NCBI RefSeq assembly: GCF_000143415.4 | Contig: NW_003314341.1 | Coordinates: forward strand, 356,470 to 420,469 | Direction of reading: 5' to 3' | DNA length: 64,000 nucleotides | From: Selaginella moellendorffii | Taxonomy: Eukaryota > Plantae > Lycopodiophyta | Shown: positions 20,797 through 34,542 of the stretch, piece by piece | Layout: each line of letters starts with the position of its first letter | Position numbering within the stretch: the first letter of the stretch is position 1 | Made by a program: the position numbers and the translations under genes | The notes under the pieces: generated by a model | Told to the model about the DNA's origin: nothing | Seen by the model: the letters and a program-made list of their open reading frames with translations, nothing else | The model's database searches: none

Positions 20797-23110
20797 TTGC
20801 GAAAGGGGAATATGACGAGGTCGGGATCCACATTTAGCAAATGGGCCAAATCAAGGGGAATATATAGCAAAGGGAAATTCAAGAAGAGTTTCTCTAAGAA
20901 TGAGTCCTCGGGGTTCTGGAAAGGCATATTTGGTGGCCAGCGAGCAAGTACATGGGCGAGTCAAGTGAAGAGAGACAAACCCATGGATAAGAAGCTTAAG
21001 TCAGCTAGTAGCATGGGAAATAACGTATGCTACAATTGCGGCGAAGTGGGAAACTTTTCAAGGGAATGTCCCTACTCGAAGAAGGCCTTAGCCAATATGG
21101 CCATTAAATCAGGTGAAATCTAAACTAAGGTACGTGATCCAGTCCCTAGCTCAAAGTTACTCATTACACGAGTTACTTTGGTAAAGAGTCGTTCGCGACA
21201 TCTACTAACCATCCGAGGGAAGCTCGAAGGTAGCTTTGTTAAAATCCTTATTGACACGGGTGCTTCGGATAATTTTGTAGCTGTAGACATAGTCCGGCAA
21301 GCTGGACTAACGGTGCAGCGGCTGGGTGAACCAAGGATTATAAAGTTTTTTCAAGGTAGCCAAAGCACCGATGAGGTACTTCGATAAGCGAGAGTCGAAG
21401 GAGGGACATGGAAAGTAGATATGAATTTCACCGTGTTGGATATAGCGGGATTTGATGTAATCTTCGGGATGGATTGGTTCAATCGGTTCGTAGTAGCCTT
21501 GCATGGACAAGGTAGGAACCTTGTGGTACTGGCGAATGCCTAGGGAGAACGATCTAGGGTAGAGGCCCAGGATCTAAAGGTAGGGCAATGTAAGGCCAAA
21601 GACTCTTGCTTAAACCTGGTGTCCACGAAAGGACAACTCACTAAAGGAACCAAGGCAACATTTTTATGCGTACACTTGGTGAAGAGTGACAAAAAGACGA
21701 GAATGGGAAAAGTACCTTTAGTGTTCCAGCGGGTGTTGAACTAATTCCAAGATACCATGTTGGAGGAGCTACTAGTGAGGTTCCCCCCACACGACCGATA
21801 AAACATAAGATTGAGCTGGTCGAGGGTGCTAAGGTGGTGGTTTGCCCACCCCATTGTTTAAATGAAAAGGAACTCAAGGAGCTCAAGTGCCAACTAGAAG
21901 AGTTGGTGGACAAAGGGTATGTTAGGTTGAGTAAGTCGCCGTATAAGGCACTAGTGTTATTTGTGAAAAAGAAAAATGGATCTATGCGTATATGCATAGA
22001 CTACCGATTACTCAACAAGTATACAAAGAAGAACAAGTACCCTTTGCTAAGGATTGAGGACCTATTCGATAGATTGGAAAAGGCAAAATACTTTTCGAGG
22101 ATTGATCTAAGGTCAGAATACTACCAAATCAGGGTAGCAAAGGAAGATGTCGAGAAAACAACCTATTGGACAAGGTATAGGAGCTTTGAGTTTCTAGTGA
22201 TGCCCTTTGGGCTATGCAGTGCGTCAGCAACGTTTTCGGCGTTGATGAACCACATCTTTGTACCCTATTTGGATCACTTTGTGGTCATCTATATTGACGA
22301 CATCTTGATCTATAACGAAACGCTAAAGGAGCATGCCGAACACTTGACGAAGGTGTTTGAAAAACTAAAGGAACACAAGCTATATGCTAAAGAGGGCAAA
22401 TGTGACCTCGAGAAGGTAAAGTTTCTCGGGCATGTGGTGGGCAAGGACAAGCTCAAGGTGGACCTTAAGAAGGTCCAAATGATCCAAAAATGGGAGTGAC
22501 TATCGAATGTACATGAGTTGAGGGCATTCTTGGGGCTATGCAACTACTACCGAAAGTTTATCAAACACTATTCGAGAGTAGCCCTGCCCTTAACAAACCA
22601 AACAGGTAAAGGGAAGATGGTATAGACAATAGAATACGAGGTGGCATTTGTCCACCTCAAAGGGAAGTTGAGGAAGACCCCCTGTGTTAGCATTATTAGA
22701 CTTTGGTAAGGACTTTGAGGTAGAAACATATGCTTCGGACTTTGCGTTGGGCATAGTTTTGAAGCAAGACAACCATCCAGTGGCGTTCTTCTTAAAGAAG
22801 TTGAACAAGGCTTAATGAAAGTGGTTTACCCATGAGAAGGAATTATTTACAGTGGTCAAGGTGTTCAAAGAATGGCAACACTACCTTGGGAGGCACTTTA
22901 AAGTTTACATGGATAATATGACAACAAAACACTTTTTGTTGCAGCCTAACCTAAGAGGGAAACAAGGTCGGCCAATATTTTTGCCAAGTTTGATTGCAAG
23001 ATTCTATATAAACTTGGGAAGAGTAATATCGTGGCAGATGCTTTAAGTCGAAAGGCAAGCTTGAAGTTGGCGATATGTAGCGCAATAGCAAGATTTTGGG
23101 ATAATGTGTA
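20797..23110 (+). pseudogene. gag-pol: H gag C-terminus (zinc knuckle), protease, RT, RNase H remnants
   Basis: CYNCGEVGNFSREC; ILIDTGASDNFV; KKKNGSMRICIDYR...VMPFGL...YIDD; ETYASDFALG. Confidence 0.92.
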
Positions 23111-23122
23111 GATAGCATAATA

Positions 23123-23408
23123 TGCTTTATTTCGTTAAAGTGGAACTTTTCATTATCCCACATATGGTGTGTGGCCATATGCCATTTTTATAACAACAAT
23201 AAAAAATTGAAGTTTTAGCTTTATAATTTATAAATTAAAAACTTTTCATATGATTTTGTGTTATAATATTGTGAAATATAAAAAAATAAATTAAAAAACT
23301 GATAGAAATATTAATAAATATTAATTAAGTACTAGGAAATGGCATGTGGACACATGCTAATTAATGTCCCACTTTACTGAATAAGTTCCACTTTAACGAA
23401 ATAAAGCA
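23123..23408. mobile_element. MITE with perfect TIRs and TA flanks (Tc1/mariner-type)
   Basis: TA|TGCTTTATTTCGTTAAAGTGGAACTT ... AAGTTCCACTTTAACGAAATAAAGCA|TA; AT-rich ~286 bp; interrupts H pol. Confidence 0.85.
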
Positions 23409-23459
23409 TATATGAGAATGATGGTATAACACAATAAGTATTGCTAAGGAATCAAGAGG

Positions 23460-26400
23460 TGTAGTGCATGTGGTTTTGACCCTTTATTCTATGGTGATTT
23501 ATTATAGGATAACACCATGAAGCAGAACCTAAACCCTCTTTATGCCATGTGACACATGCCACATGTCATATGCCACGTGTCCAAAGGACAGTGGTTTGGA
23601 ACCCAAGGTTCAGGGCCTTGGGCCACTGAACAAAGGAACGGTGCCAAACTCCCAAGCATGGAGCTGAGGAGTGACAAAACCGAACCATGGAGCAACTCTC
23701 GAGTATATAGCCCAAGGAGCGAAGGAATAGGAGCCCGGAGAGACTTGGAACAGTCCTGGAGTAACCAGCATGCAAAACGGAGCCAAATGGAGTTTGGCGC
23801 TATTTTGGCATACCGGTGGCCAAATGCAAGTACTCCACCAGTTAGCATGGAATGGAACTTGGGCTTAGACCCAAGCCGGACGCAAAACAAGGACAGGCAT
23901 GCAAGCGGGAGCTAGACTATGCCTTAGGTTGGTCAACCATGCCCAACCTACCCACTATCCCTACTATACATTTGGAACCCCCTACAGGCCCCCGCCTTGA
24001 GGAACACATGCTTTGGGCTTTCACCCTAAGCCTCCCTTAGTATAAGGAGTTAGTCTCTGGAAACTTACTAAATATGGAATGGCACTAGATTGCGAATTTG
24101 GACATGAGACAAACACCATTATGTTCAGGCTGATCTCTACATTTCGTAGATATGCCAAATGAGCAAATCTGGACACTTTCCATAAATAGCATTTGGGACC
24201 GAAATAAGACTAACACAAAAGGCATGATAGCCAGGGTGTTTGGTAGACACGGTAAGTTATCATTTAGCGATATTGAGGGACCAATCTCAATATCGTGGGG
24301 GTTCTTGATACTAGCAAATGCAAGCCAATAACAAGAGTTTCTCAAACCAGGCCAAGTATAATTAGCAAGAAACACATAGGGTTCCTACCTTATGTTTATC
24401 CGATCTAAGTACACGGTCATTGACCAGTTTCTCAACTAGCTCAAGTGGGAAACCGATAACGGGTCTAACAATACTGACCTCCTGCCATCGTGGCAATAAG
24501 GTAAGAGTGTCCGTAAGGACTAGCCAACAAGTAACTTTCGATACCCGAAGTCACATTCATGACACTCTCCCCCTCTAGGGAAGATCGACGTCCTCGTCAA
24601 TGCATACTCGAGTCTAGAATACCGCCAAGGAAACAACTCCAGAAAAAGTTCATGGTACTCACACTATGTGAGAAATGCACCAACTTAAATAAGTTAAGGG
24701 TAACCTCTTTGTCTAACGCGGATGTGCTACTAGCTCAGACACTTTCCGGCCGTCACCGACAAGGAAATGACTAATGGAGTTAGCCACCCTTGCTGCTTTG
24801 GTTGTCACCTAGCTTACAAAAGTGTGATACGCCCCTACCCGCAGCGACATAGAGAGAGAAGCCAGAGGCCCCAACCCTCCTAAGCAAAGAAACCAAACCC
24901 ATCGGTAAGGTTTAGATAGACTACTATAAATAGGCAGTTAGAGTTGTTTACACGATCATGCCCTTTTAACGGAATAAGGAACATCGATAGAGAGGTGGGT
25001 GATGTGACCAGTTGACATTAACTACCCCATGACTAGAGATTTCACCATGCACATGAAGTGCCGAAGCTAGTCTACTTATACTGGCCCAAACTTAAAGATC
25101 AATAGATGGACAATATCAAAGTCATAGACGATGATATCTTAGAGACTTAAGTATTAGTGATGAAATCTTAGATTAGAACACAAAAGTATTCCAAGTAAGT
25201 TATCATCCGATAAACCAATATTAGAGTATAGGAACCAGCAAGATCATCATTTTTGGAAACATAGGATTGACCATCCAACAAAATTCAATAGCATCAAGGA
25301 AACTCAATGATGAAACTTAACTACCAAAGATAGCTGATAGTAAGCCAAACAACTTACTAAAGATAACTCAAAGAACACAAAGTATAATTGACTAACAAGC
25401 AAGATGCTCGCGAATGTATCACCCAAAGGAAATAACATTCCTAATCTATCAAAACTAACGCAAACAATAAGCGACAGAATAGAATGAATGCAGCAAGACC
25501 AACAAACACTTATTCATGCCAACTATTGCACTAGCGAATCTAAATAGATCATGATCAACAATACCAAGGAACTAGAGTTGCTCAAACAAGTGTTAGCAAC
25601 ATCCTATTGATGTCTCAAACCCAAGAAACCAATCCAGAGTAAACCACAAAGAACATGTGGTATTGCGAAAAGCCAAAAGCTATCAAAGAGAACATTAACC
25701 ATCATGAAATATCATCAATCATCCTATCAACAAAAATATGTATAATGAGCATTGAAGAAATAATCCACCATTCGAAGAACAGCAGATCATTCACCACCAA
25801 TAACAACTAAGCAAAATCTTTAATAAAGATAATCAACTATTCTAAATGATAGTCAATCATCACCAATGATTGCTAGATGTAAAAGCCAATTTTCACATCG
25901 AAGCTAATAAGCCAAAATGCCTTCCCCAACAACTTTTAACAAGTGGAATAATGAGCATGAAAACTCAAGAAACCAAAAGCTCAAAGAAGTCTATAGCTAA
26001 GATGTGTCTAACAATGATCATGAATCTCGCATGAACCAACTTTAATGCTAAAGAAGAAATCATGGTACAACCCACAATATCTTCCTCAACACATCCATAA
26101 GCTAAACTTCATAATGCAAAGCTAATGATGAGCATATTTGCATCAATCCAAAAGCTAAGCATAACGAAGCTATACTTAACAAGTGATCACCAAACGATCC
26201 TCTATGAATCCATCTATCGCAAAATGTAACTCACTTCATAACAAGCACAAGAAGAATCATCAATGATTGATATATTCCAACTCAAATCCAAGAAGGATTT
26301 AAACATTCCAATATCAATCACTAACTCTTCCATTTGTAAAGTTAGTATAGTCCATGATTAAATCACTTTTCAAGGAAAAGCCAAAGCTCAACCCCTACTA

Positions 26401-29400
26401 AACAATCTTTTGTCGAAATCACAACTAACTTAAACTTGCCACTCAGTTCATTTGAACGTCGACATAGTTGCTAACTAGCAATGCACGAATGCCAATAACA
26501 CAAAGCCATAGCCAAATCATCAACACTATCTTCATTGAGACTAATGAAACTCAATATTAATCCTATGGGAAGACATTTCATTTCACTTGAATCTCAACAT
26601 CAACAATGTCAACAACAAGGCATCACCTTAATCCCATCAACACTATAACAAAACTAGAAGAAAGCAAGAGTGAATCACCACTCATAACTTTCTAGCAACT
26701 AAGCTAACCAAAGTCGAAGATACTTTAGTCACTATCCGAGACTAATCCTCCAACAATACTCAGTTATAGATAACACTTCCTCAAGGAGTGAATCACCACA
26801 TCCAAGACTCCATGAAATCCAACACCATGAACTAAACGCAACCAAATGATATTAATGGAGGTAGAATCAATATGCCAATATGGAAAACCCATGTAAGTCT
26901 AACGACACGATCCTCCACAACACCATCCGGTAAAATAAACCCATCACTGCTAAATCATCATCGAGTGAAGCAAGTGTTAATAGTCCTCGACGAAGTCTAT
27001 AAGCAATCACTAGTTGCAAAGCAACTAACAATCACTCTTCAACTTGCCTTCACAAGACCTGAATATTAAACTCACGTCATTGAGTCATACACTTGTCCTA
27101 TATGAACATAATACCCCAGGCATGAGATAAATGTTCATGGACAAGCATAAACTAAATGACTAATCAAATCCAACTCAATCATAATAAGCTCACCAACACA
27201 TTTAGTCAATAGCTCTGAGCATACCTCGAAGAAGCTAACTACACATGATCAACACTAAGTCGAAACTCAAGTGGAGACCATGAGATGGACTCATGTCGGT
27301 ACACAATGTCCACTTAGACAAAGCTATAGTATAGGTACTAACATCTCAAACTCAAACAACTAAGTTGGACATCACCATCCTCAGCCAAGGTGCAGGGCTA
27401 CCAAGACTAAGTCAAGATCAGTGAGAGCTCACTACTCTCATAGAGTCTGACGAAATGCAAGGTGCAATCTGCCACCTAGCATAAGGCTACAAAGAAAGGC
27501 ACAAGGATCACCCTTCTTAGAAAAGTGCAGCGGCCACTTTTCTACACCAACTCCAAACTCTATTCAACTCAATTGCCTTAGCCCTAAAAATCAGCATCCC
27601 TTTTGGCCGCATCATACAAACTACCTACTAGGATCTAAGCCAACTGAAGTCAACTCCAACCCTTTCACTAGTTTATACTAGCTTACGAAAGCGAAATGGT
27701 TTTCGGGCAAAGTGATCAACAGATCAGCTATTGGAAAATTCTAAGAAAATTTGTGGAAAATTTTCCATCCTAGAAAAAGAATGACTCTTAGTCTAGGAAT
27801 ACAAACTTTCAAGATTAAACCAACTTCCTCCTACTAACAACTTTATATAGGTTCACCTCAACACAAATTCTCGAGACCCATAGTATGCTTAAGCATCGAA
27901 CATTTTTTTGCCCATATATCCAACATCCAACACCGATATCCATAAAATGCAAAATGAACATCCAAGGCTTGATCATGAAGACCACATTTTTGGTAATCCA
28001 TATTGCACTAACACTCTTCTTTAACCGTTTTCAAGATCTAATGTGTAGCCAAAACACTAAAAAGACAAAATGATATGAAAAATCAAGCTCTAAGGAAAAT
28101 TCCTCATCACTTAACATAACAATATCATCTCCACTAACACAAGTGCTAATGATATCAATGCCTTAATGACACACCTTCTCCATTCAACAATCTACTCCAA
28201 GTGCTAATGGATTAACCAACAAGCCATAGCAAGTGAATGCTATAACCCTTTCCAACACTTAAACTTAAGGAAACAAGGTACCAACTTAAGCTTAGTATAA
28301 TGAACCACCATCGAGAATCTAGTCAAAGCTACTACAATGCTACTACATGCAAATAGACTAGCTTCACTATCAACCACTTTGGGGTTGATCATCGTTTAAC
28401 CAAGCAACTTCATAAATACATTACTCATTATCACATGGATATAATATAAGTATCACAATGACTTGATCATCAATTAAGCAACACTATGAGCAATGCCAAT
28501 GTTATTACTTCAAAGGTTTATGTGAGTATCACGTGCCAACTTAATTCGACAAAATGCAACATAAATGCCACACAAATGCCACACTCCACCAATAGAGATT
28601 TACAACACTGAACACCATTAACTTTTGTTTACAACATAGACAAACTCATGCCACTCTCTATCTGTCCAAACTCAACACTAATCCAACACCAAGCTACTCA
28701 AGGAGCAATAGTAAGGTTCCCCAGAAAAGAATTGAGCATTGCAACCCAAGTCTTCTAATAACAAGTCTAGACAAAATGGTTTAACGCTTCACCGCTATCC
28801 ATCCCACAACTCACCATTTGTAAGACCATCATCTCCAAGATGCATCAAGGTAGGGATTCTTTATTGCATAATATGAATATGAGCAATGAGTTAACACTTT
28901 GTTGCAAACCATCTCTCCAAGAAGAGAAAATGATTTACGTGTTTGATCCTTCATCCCGATGTCTCTCTTTTCGGTCTCATCTTTGATTAAACCTCAAGCT
29001 TGCATTCGCACTGCTTGTAGTCTAATCCAAGAAAAGTTTATGAGAAAGCACGGCAATGACTACTTGAATCAATAGACTAATTCTTATAGTCTTGATTGAT
29101 CCACTTATAATCATGCCTAGGAAGGATCCACTAGTGCCGTGCTAAACAGTTACAGACCAGCCTATTTGCCACTCATAGCAAACTCAGGGAAAGTTTACTT
29201 TCACCCATGGTACATGGAACAACTCATGGAACCACTGATAGGCTAACATTAATCCTGCCAACTCAAAGCGTAACCTTGAGTTGCTAAAGTGCCTCACTCA
29301 CGAACCCAAGCGAAAACTCGTGCAAAATGGAACAACTCAATCCCTCTTATGAGCCCAAGAGCAAGCTCACATCATAAGGTACAACAAGGTAACCAAATCC

Positions 29401-31317
29401 ATACCCAAGGAACAATTGCAAAGCCTTTGCACCAAAACATGGACCCACTCAGATCATCATCTTCATCTCTGCGTATCCAACAAGACTAGTTGCCCAATCT
29501 CATTGGATAGTACTTGCCAAGACTCATCCTTTGATACCAAATGTAGCTCACGTGGTTTTGACCCTTTATCCTATGGTGATTACCATAGGATAACACCACG
29601 AAGCGGAATCTAAACCCTCTTTATGCCACATGACACATGCCACATGTCATATGCCATGTGTCCAAAGGACAGTGGTGCGGAACCCGAGGTTTAGGGCCTT
29701 GGGTCACTGAACAAAGGAACAGTGCCAAACTCCCAAACATGGAGCCAAGGAGTGACGGAACCGGACCATGGAGCAACTCCCAAGCATATAGCCCAAGGAG
29801 CGAAGGGACAGGAGCCCAGAGCGACTTTGAACAGTCCTGGAGCAACCAGCATCCCAATGCCAGGACTAGCATGCAAAACGGAGCCAAACGGAGTCTAGCG
29901 CTATTTCGGCATACCGGTGGCCTAACGCAAGGACATGGGTACTCCACCAACTAGCATGGAATAGAACTTGGGTTTAGACCCAAGCTGGACGCAGAAAAAG
30001 GACAGGCACGCAAGCGAGAGCTAGACTATGCCTCAGATTGGTTGGCCATGCCCAACTTATCCACTATCCTTACTATACATTTGGAACCCCCCACAGGCCT
30101 TCCCCTTTGAGGAACACATGCTTTGGGCTTTCACCCTAAGTCTCCCTTAGTATCAGGAGTTAGTCTCTGGGATAAGCTTGAAATTTACTAAATATGGAAT
30201 GGCACTAGATTGCGAATTTGGACACAAGACGAACACTATTGTGTTCAGGCTGATCTCTACATTCCGTAGATATGCCAAATGAGCAAATCTGGACACTTTC
30301 CATAAATAGTATTTGGGACCAAAATGAGACTAACACAAAGGGCATGATAGCAAGGGTATTTGGCAAACATGGTAAGCTATCATCTAGCGATATTGAGGGA
30401 CCAAGCTCAATATCGCGGGGGTTCCCAACACTAGCAAATGCAAGCCAATGACAAGAGTTTCTCATCACCGTGTCAAGTCTGTTTGACTAAATGACAACTT
30501 AAGATTTCCTTTCCGGTCTAAGTGCACATGTGATGACCAGTTTCTCAACTAGCCTAGGCGGAGACTAATAACGGGTCTAGCAATACCGACCTCCTACCAT
30601 CGTGGCAGTAAGGAAAGAATATCCGAAAGGACTGCCGACAGATAACTTTTGATACCCACTTCTGGCAGCATCCCAATGCCATGCCCAACTTATCCACTAT
30701 CCTTACTATACATTTGGAACCCCCCACAGGCCTTCCCCTTTGAGGAACACATGCTTTGGGCTTTCACCCTAAGTCTCCCTTAGTATCAGGAGTTAGTCTC
30801 TGGGATAAGCTTGAAATTTACTAAATATGGAATGGCACTAGATTGCGAATTTGGACACAAGACGAACACTATTGTGTTCAGGCTGATCTCTACATTCCTT
30901 AGATATGCTAAATAAGCAAATCTTAACACTTTCCATAAATAGCATTTGGGACTGAAATAAGACTAACACAAAGGGCATGATAGTGAGGGTGTTTGGCAGA
31001 TACGGTAAGTTATCATCTAGCGATATTGAGGGACCAATTTCAATATCGTGGGGGTTCTTGATACTAGCAAATGCAAGCTAATAACAAGAGTTTCTCAAAC
31101 CAGGCCAAGTATAATCAGCAAGAAACACATAGGGTTCCTACCTTATGTTTATCCAATCTAAGTACACGGTCATTGATCAGTTTCTCAACTAACTCAAGTG
31201 GGAAACCGATAACGGGTCTAACAATACTGACCTCCTGCCATCGTGGCAATAAGGTAAGAGTGTCCGTAAGGATTAGCCAACAAGTAACTTTCGATACCCG
31301 AAGTCACATTTGCGACA
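23460..31317 (-). mobile_element. Element D: non-autonomous LTR element with eroded Copia-like interior
   Basis: LTRs 23460-24564 and 29542-31317 (the latter rearranged); exact TSD AGAGG; minus-strand iMet PBS (TGGTATCAAA) next to 29542; PPT AGAGGGGGAGAG next to 24564; no long ORF. Confidence 0.88.
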
Positions 31318-31322
31318 AGAGG

Positions 31323-33161
31323 CGCGAGAAGCTCACTAGAGAAGTGAGTTGCCAACGGAAGAGAAAATAGGTTATGCGGAATGCAATGGACTCATCTATT
31401 ATAAACAAACGAGAGTGTATGTTCCAGAAGGGGAACTAAGGAAAGTAGCCTTAGAAGAATGTTATGACGGACCTTTTGCGAGACACGGCGGAGTGCCCAA
31501 GACGATGGGCTTACTCAAGAGGAAGTATTATTGGCCAAATATGGCTAAGGATGTCCAAGATCATATAAAGACATGTCCAACATGTCAATAGGTCAAAGCC
31601 GTGATTAAGGCTAGTGGGGGCTTGTTACAAAACATCCCAATTCTAGATTGCCTATGGAAATGTCTTACGATGGACTTCATCACGGGACTCCCCCCAAGTG
31701 AGGGTGTCAAGAATCCCCTAATTCTTGCCACATTCCTGACCTGCAGACCACATTTCTGACTCTCGCGACACTTCCTTATTCCTGACTCTCGAGACACTTC
31801 CCTATTCCTAACTCTCTGATTTCCTGTACGATTCCTGAGTCTTGAGCCACATTCTTGATGATGATGTGGCGCTTCCTCGACCTCAGCTATATTTAGGCCG
31901 TCCTCGATCCAAGAGTGGTGGAGCTTCATCAACCTATAGCATATATAAGTTAGCTTTGTTCCATTTCTCCACAATCTGAATCAATGCCAGTTTAAGGCCT
32001 TTTCTTTGTTTCCACTAGTTTTTCTCTTTGTCTTTTGCATTTTCTAGTCTTGATCTTGTTGGGGGTCTTGCCAAAGGGGTTTGATGCGATATTCGTGGTG
32101 GTAGACTGATTTTCAAAGATAGCATATTTCATACCCACCACAACGGAAGTGGATGCGGAAGGTGTGGCGAAGCTATTCTTAAAACAAGTAGTTTGAGTGC
32201 GGGGAGGCCAAAAGAGATTATCTCAAATCGAGATAAGATCTTCACCAGTAAGTTTTGGGGAACTTTCTTGGAATAGTATCGCACCAAGTTGAAATTCAGT
32301 ACAGTATATCACCCACATATAGGTATTGGGTATTAAGTCAACTTTGATGGCACTAACACTTCTTGACAGATGGACAAACGGAATGGGTGAATAGGCAGCT
32401 GGAAGATTATTTGCGATGTTATGTGTCATGAGATTAGATCGATTGGGTAAGTCATTTGGGACTTGCGAAAATATGCTATAACAACTCACCACACTCGAGT
32501 ATTGGGGTGAGTCCATGGGAAGTCATTAATGGGCAAGCTATTGAAGGTCCCGTGGAACTCGGCGTGGCTGAGTATCATAGAGAGTTATCCACAGTGGAAG
32601 CATTCATGGCGGAAAGACTCAACATTTGGAATCTAGTGAGGGATTCCTTGGAATGGGCTTAACAAAGGCAAACCAAGTATGCGAACCAAAAGTGCCAGGA
32701 CATAGAGTTCCAACCTGAGGAGAAGGTGTGGTTGAACACCAAGAACCTAAGGCTACCAAGTGGGATCAATTGGAAGTTCACCCAAAGGTAAAAATGCATG
32801 TATTTCTGGAAATGAATTGATCTTGAGTTCCTTAAGTAGGTTCATGAGGCCTTACGAGATTGAGGCACGAAATGGTGAAATGGCTTACCATCTCCAACTT
32901 TCTCAAGAGATGGGGAAGATGCACTCAATGTTCCATATAAACTTACTCAAGATGTACTTTGAGGATTCACTTCGCAAGGACCAAGTGAGACTTTTACTTG
33001 AGGTTATCCAAGGGGAAGAGGAATACGAAATCGAGGCCATCCTCAATGCATGCAAGAGTAAACGACAAAGACGCGAGGTGAGGGAGTTCCATGTGAAGTG
33101 GAAAGGATTTCCACACTACGAAGCAACATGGGAACCGGAGGAGAACCTAGTGAACATGTGA
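31323..33161 (+). pseudogene. pol: H integrase and chromodomain remnants (interrupted by solo LTR)
   Basis: RHGG...YYWPNM...CPTCQ; MDFITGLP|GFDAIFVVVD; chromodomain EYEIEAIL...VKWKGF...ATWEPEENL. Confidence 0.9.
31705..32073 (+). mobile_element. Solo LTR of the C/G (Tcn1-like) family
   Basis: Homologous to 3834-4222; TSD GAGGG/AAGGG; splits H integrase at PSEG|FDA. Confidence 0.9.
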
Positions 33162-33313
33162 GATCTAGTGGAGGAATTTCTGCAAGGCAAAATTCTATGT
33201 ACTTATGCAAAGTTTAATTAAAAGTATCAATTGGTAAAGTTGAGCAATAGCATATGTTGGGACCAGAAGGTGCCGAAAGCAAGCTAATTAGCATGGGTTA
33301 GCTAGGTCGACCA

Positions 33314-33546
33314 GGCATAGGGAACTACGCCTAACTCCCCGTAGGGATGTCCATCTGTAGAAGTATTCTACAAAGGTTGGGTTTGAGTCCCAACTCCCTA
33401 GTAAAGCAAAGTTGGGTTCAACTCCCGACCCCATACTAAGGCATGGTGAGGTGAGGGGTATAGGGACATCTATATTCCGTTGTCATGGGCTCTTGGTCAG
33501 GGAGGCTAATTTAGGCACACCGCTAAGTGGGGGGATGCCCCTGGAG
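33314..33546 (+). other. Putative structured cis-acting RNA element in H 3' UTR (homolog of 11069-11285)
   Basis: Same order of hairpins, including GTTGGG-TTTGAGT-CCCAAC and GTTGGG-TTCAACT-CCCGAC. Confidence 0.6.
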
Positions 33547-33621
33547 ACATGGTCAACAAGTTGTAGGATTAAAAAGAGATGTTTGATGTGGGCATCGAAC
33601 TTCTTCTATGGGTGGTAGAGT

Positions 33622-34363
33622 TGTAAGGAACCAACTCCCTAAGGTGTTGTAGGATAAAGGATCCCCAAGAGCACAACTGAAATTATAAAGAGTTTATCAG
33701 ATGGGATTGAGTCTGAAATCGAGTCTAAGACTGACTCTGAGACCGAGTTTGAGATAGAGTCTAGGATCGAGTCCGAGGCCGAATCCAAGTCTGAGTTAAG
33801 TGCTCAAGAGCAGTTCCACTCCCAAAAGGGAAACCGACTGTAGTGCTCCTGGCTCATGTGGAGTGGTGCCTCATTTGAGTACCTTGCAGCTCATTGGTCC
33901 TCACCCTTTCTAGGGGCTTGGGCCTTCCCTTCGGGATGGAAGTGGGGGGGTAGAGCCCATACTAGGCCATTAGGCCACGGTGTTTCCCCCCGGCATCCTA
34001 AAGTAAGTGTTGCACCCAAGGCTTAGGATTTAGAGGGTCTCATGATCAAGCTTTGTTGTACCAAGGGATGTTAAGAACCTGGAGGTTTGGTGTGCTTGGC
34101 TGCTTGTGCTTGCGGGGAGTGTAGCTGAACTTTAAATCTAATCTAACTCGGGGGAGGGGGAATGGGAGAGTTTTGCGAATCTGTAGATGGATGGCTAACG
34201 CTCCGTTGCTCATGCAGTGAGTAACTGAAACCAAGTAGGACCAAATAGGAGCTAGTACAATAGGTGGGAACCTTGGCGAGGGAACTTAGTAAAGGCCAAG
34301 GCGGTGTCAGTCGAATAGATGAGGTAAGCTGGCAAATTGAAAAGGAAAAATTTGTGGATTACA
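33622..34363 (+). repeat. H 3' LTR (internally deleted)
   Basis: Start matches 234; ends ...AAAATTTGTGGATTACA (cf. B ...AAAATTTAGTCGCTTACA), followed by the TSD. Confidence 0.85.
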
Positions 34364-34542
34364 TAACCATCATGAAAGATAATTAATCATCCAATCAATA
34401 AAGAGATGTATAATTATTGTCAAATAAATAATTACCATTCTAGAAAATGACAATCATTCAATATTAACAATAATCAAGTAAAACCTATGATAAGGGTAAT
34501 CAACTATCTTAAATGATAATCAATCATTATCAATGATTGCTA
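34364..34542 (-). mobile_element. Continuation of the D/E-family internal fragment from 1-233
   Basis: Homologous to ~25696-25875 and ~50169-50347. Confidence 0.8.

Larger units (their letters stand above)
234..34363 (+). mobile_element. Element H: degenerate Ty3/Gypsy chromovirus carrying multiple nested insertions
   Basis: LTR start TGTAAGGAACCAACTCCC at 234 and 33622; end ...GGATTACA at 34363; exact TSD TAACC (229-233 / 34364-34368). Gag-PR-RT-RH-IN-chromodomain remnants in Gypsy order at 20797-33161. Confidence 0.88.
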
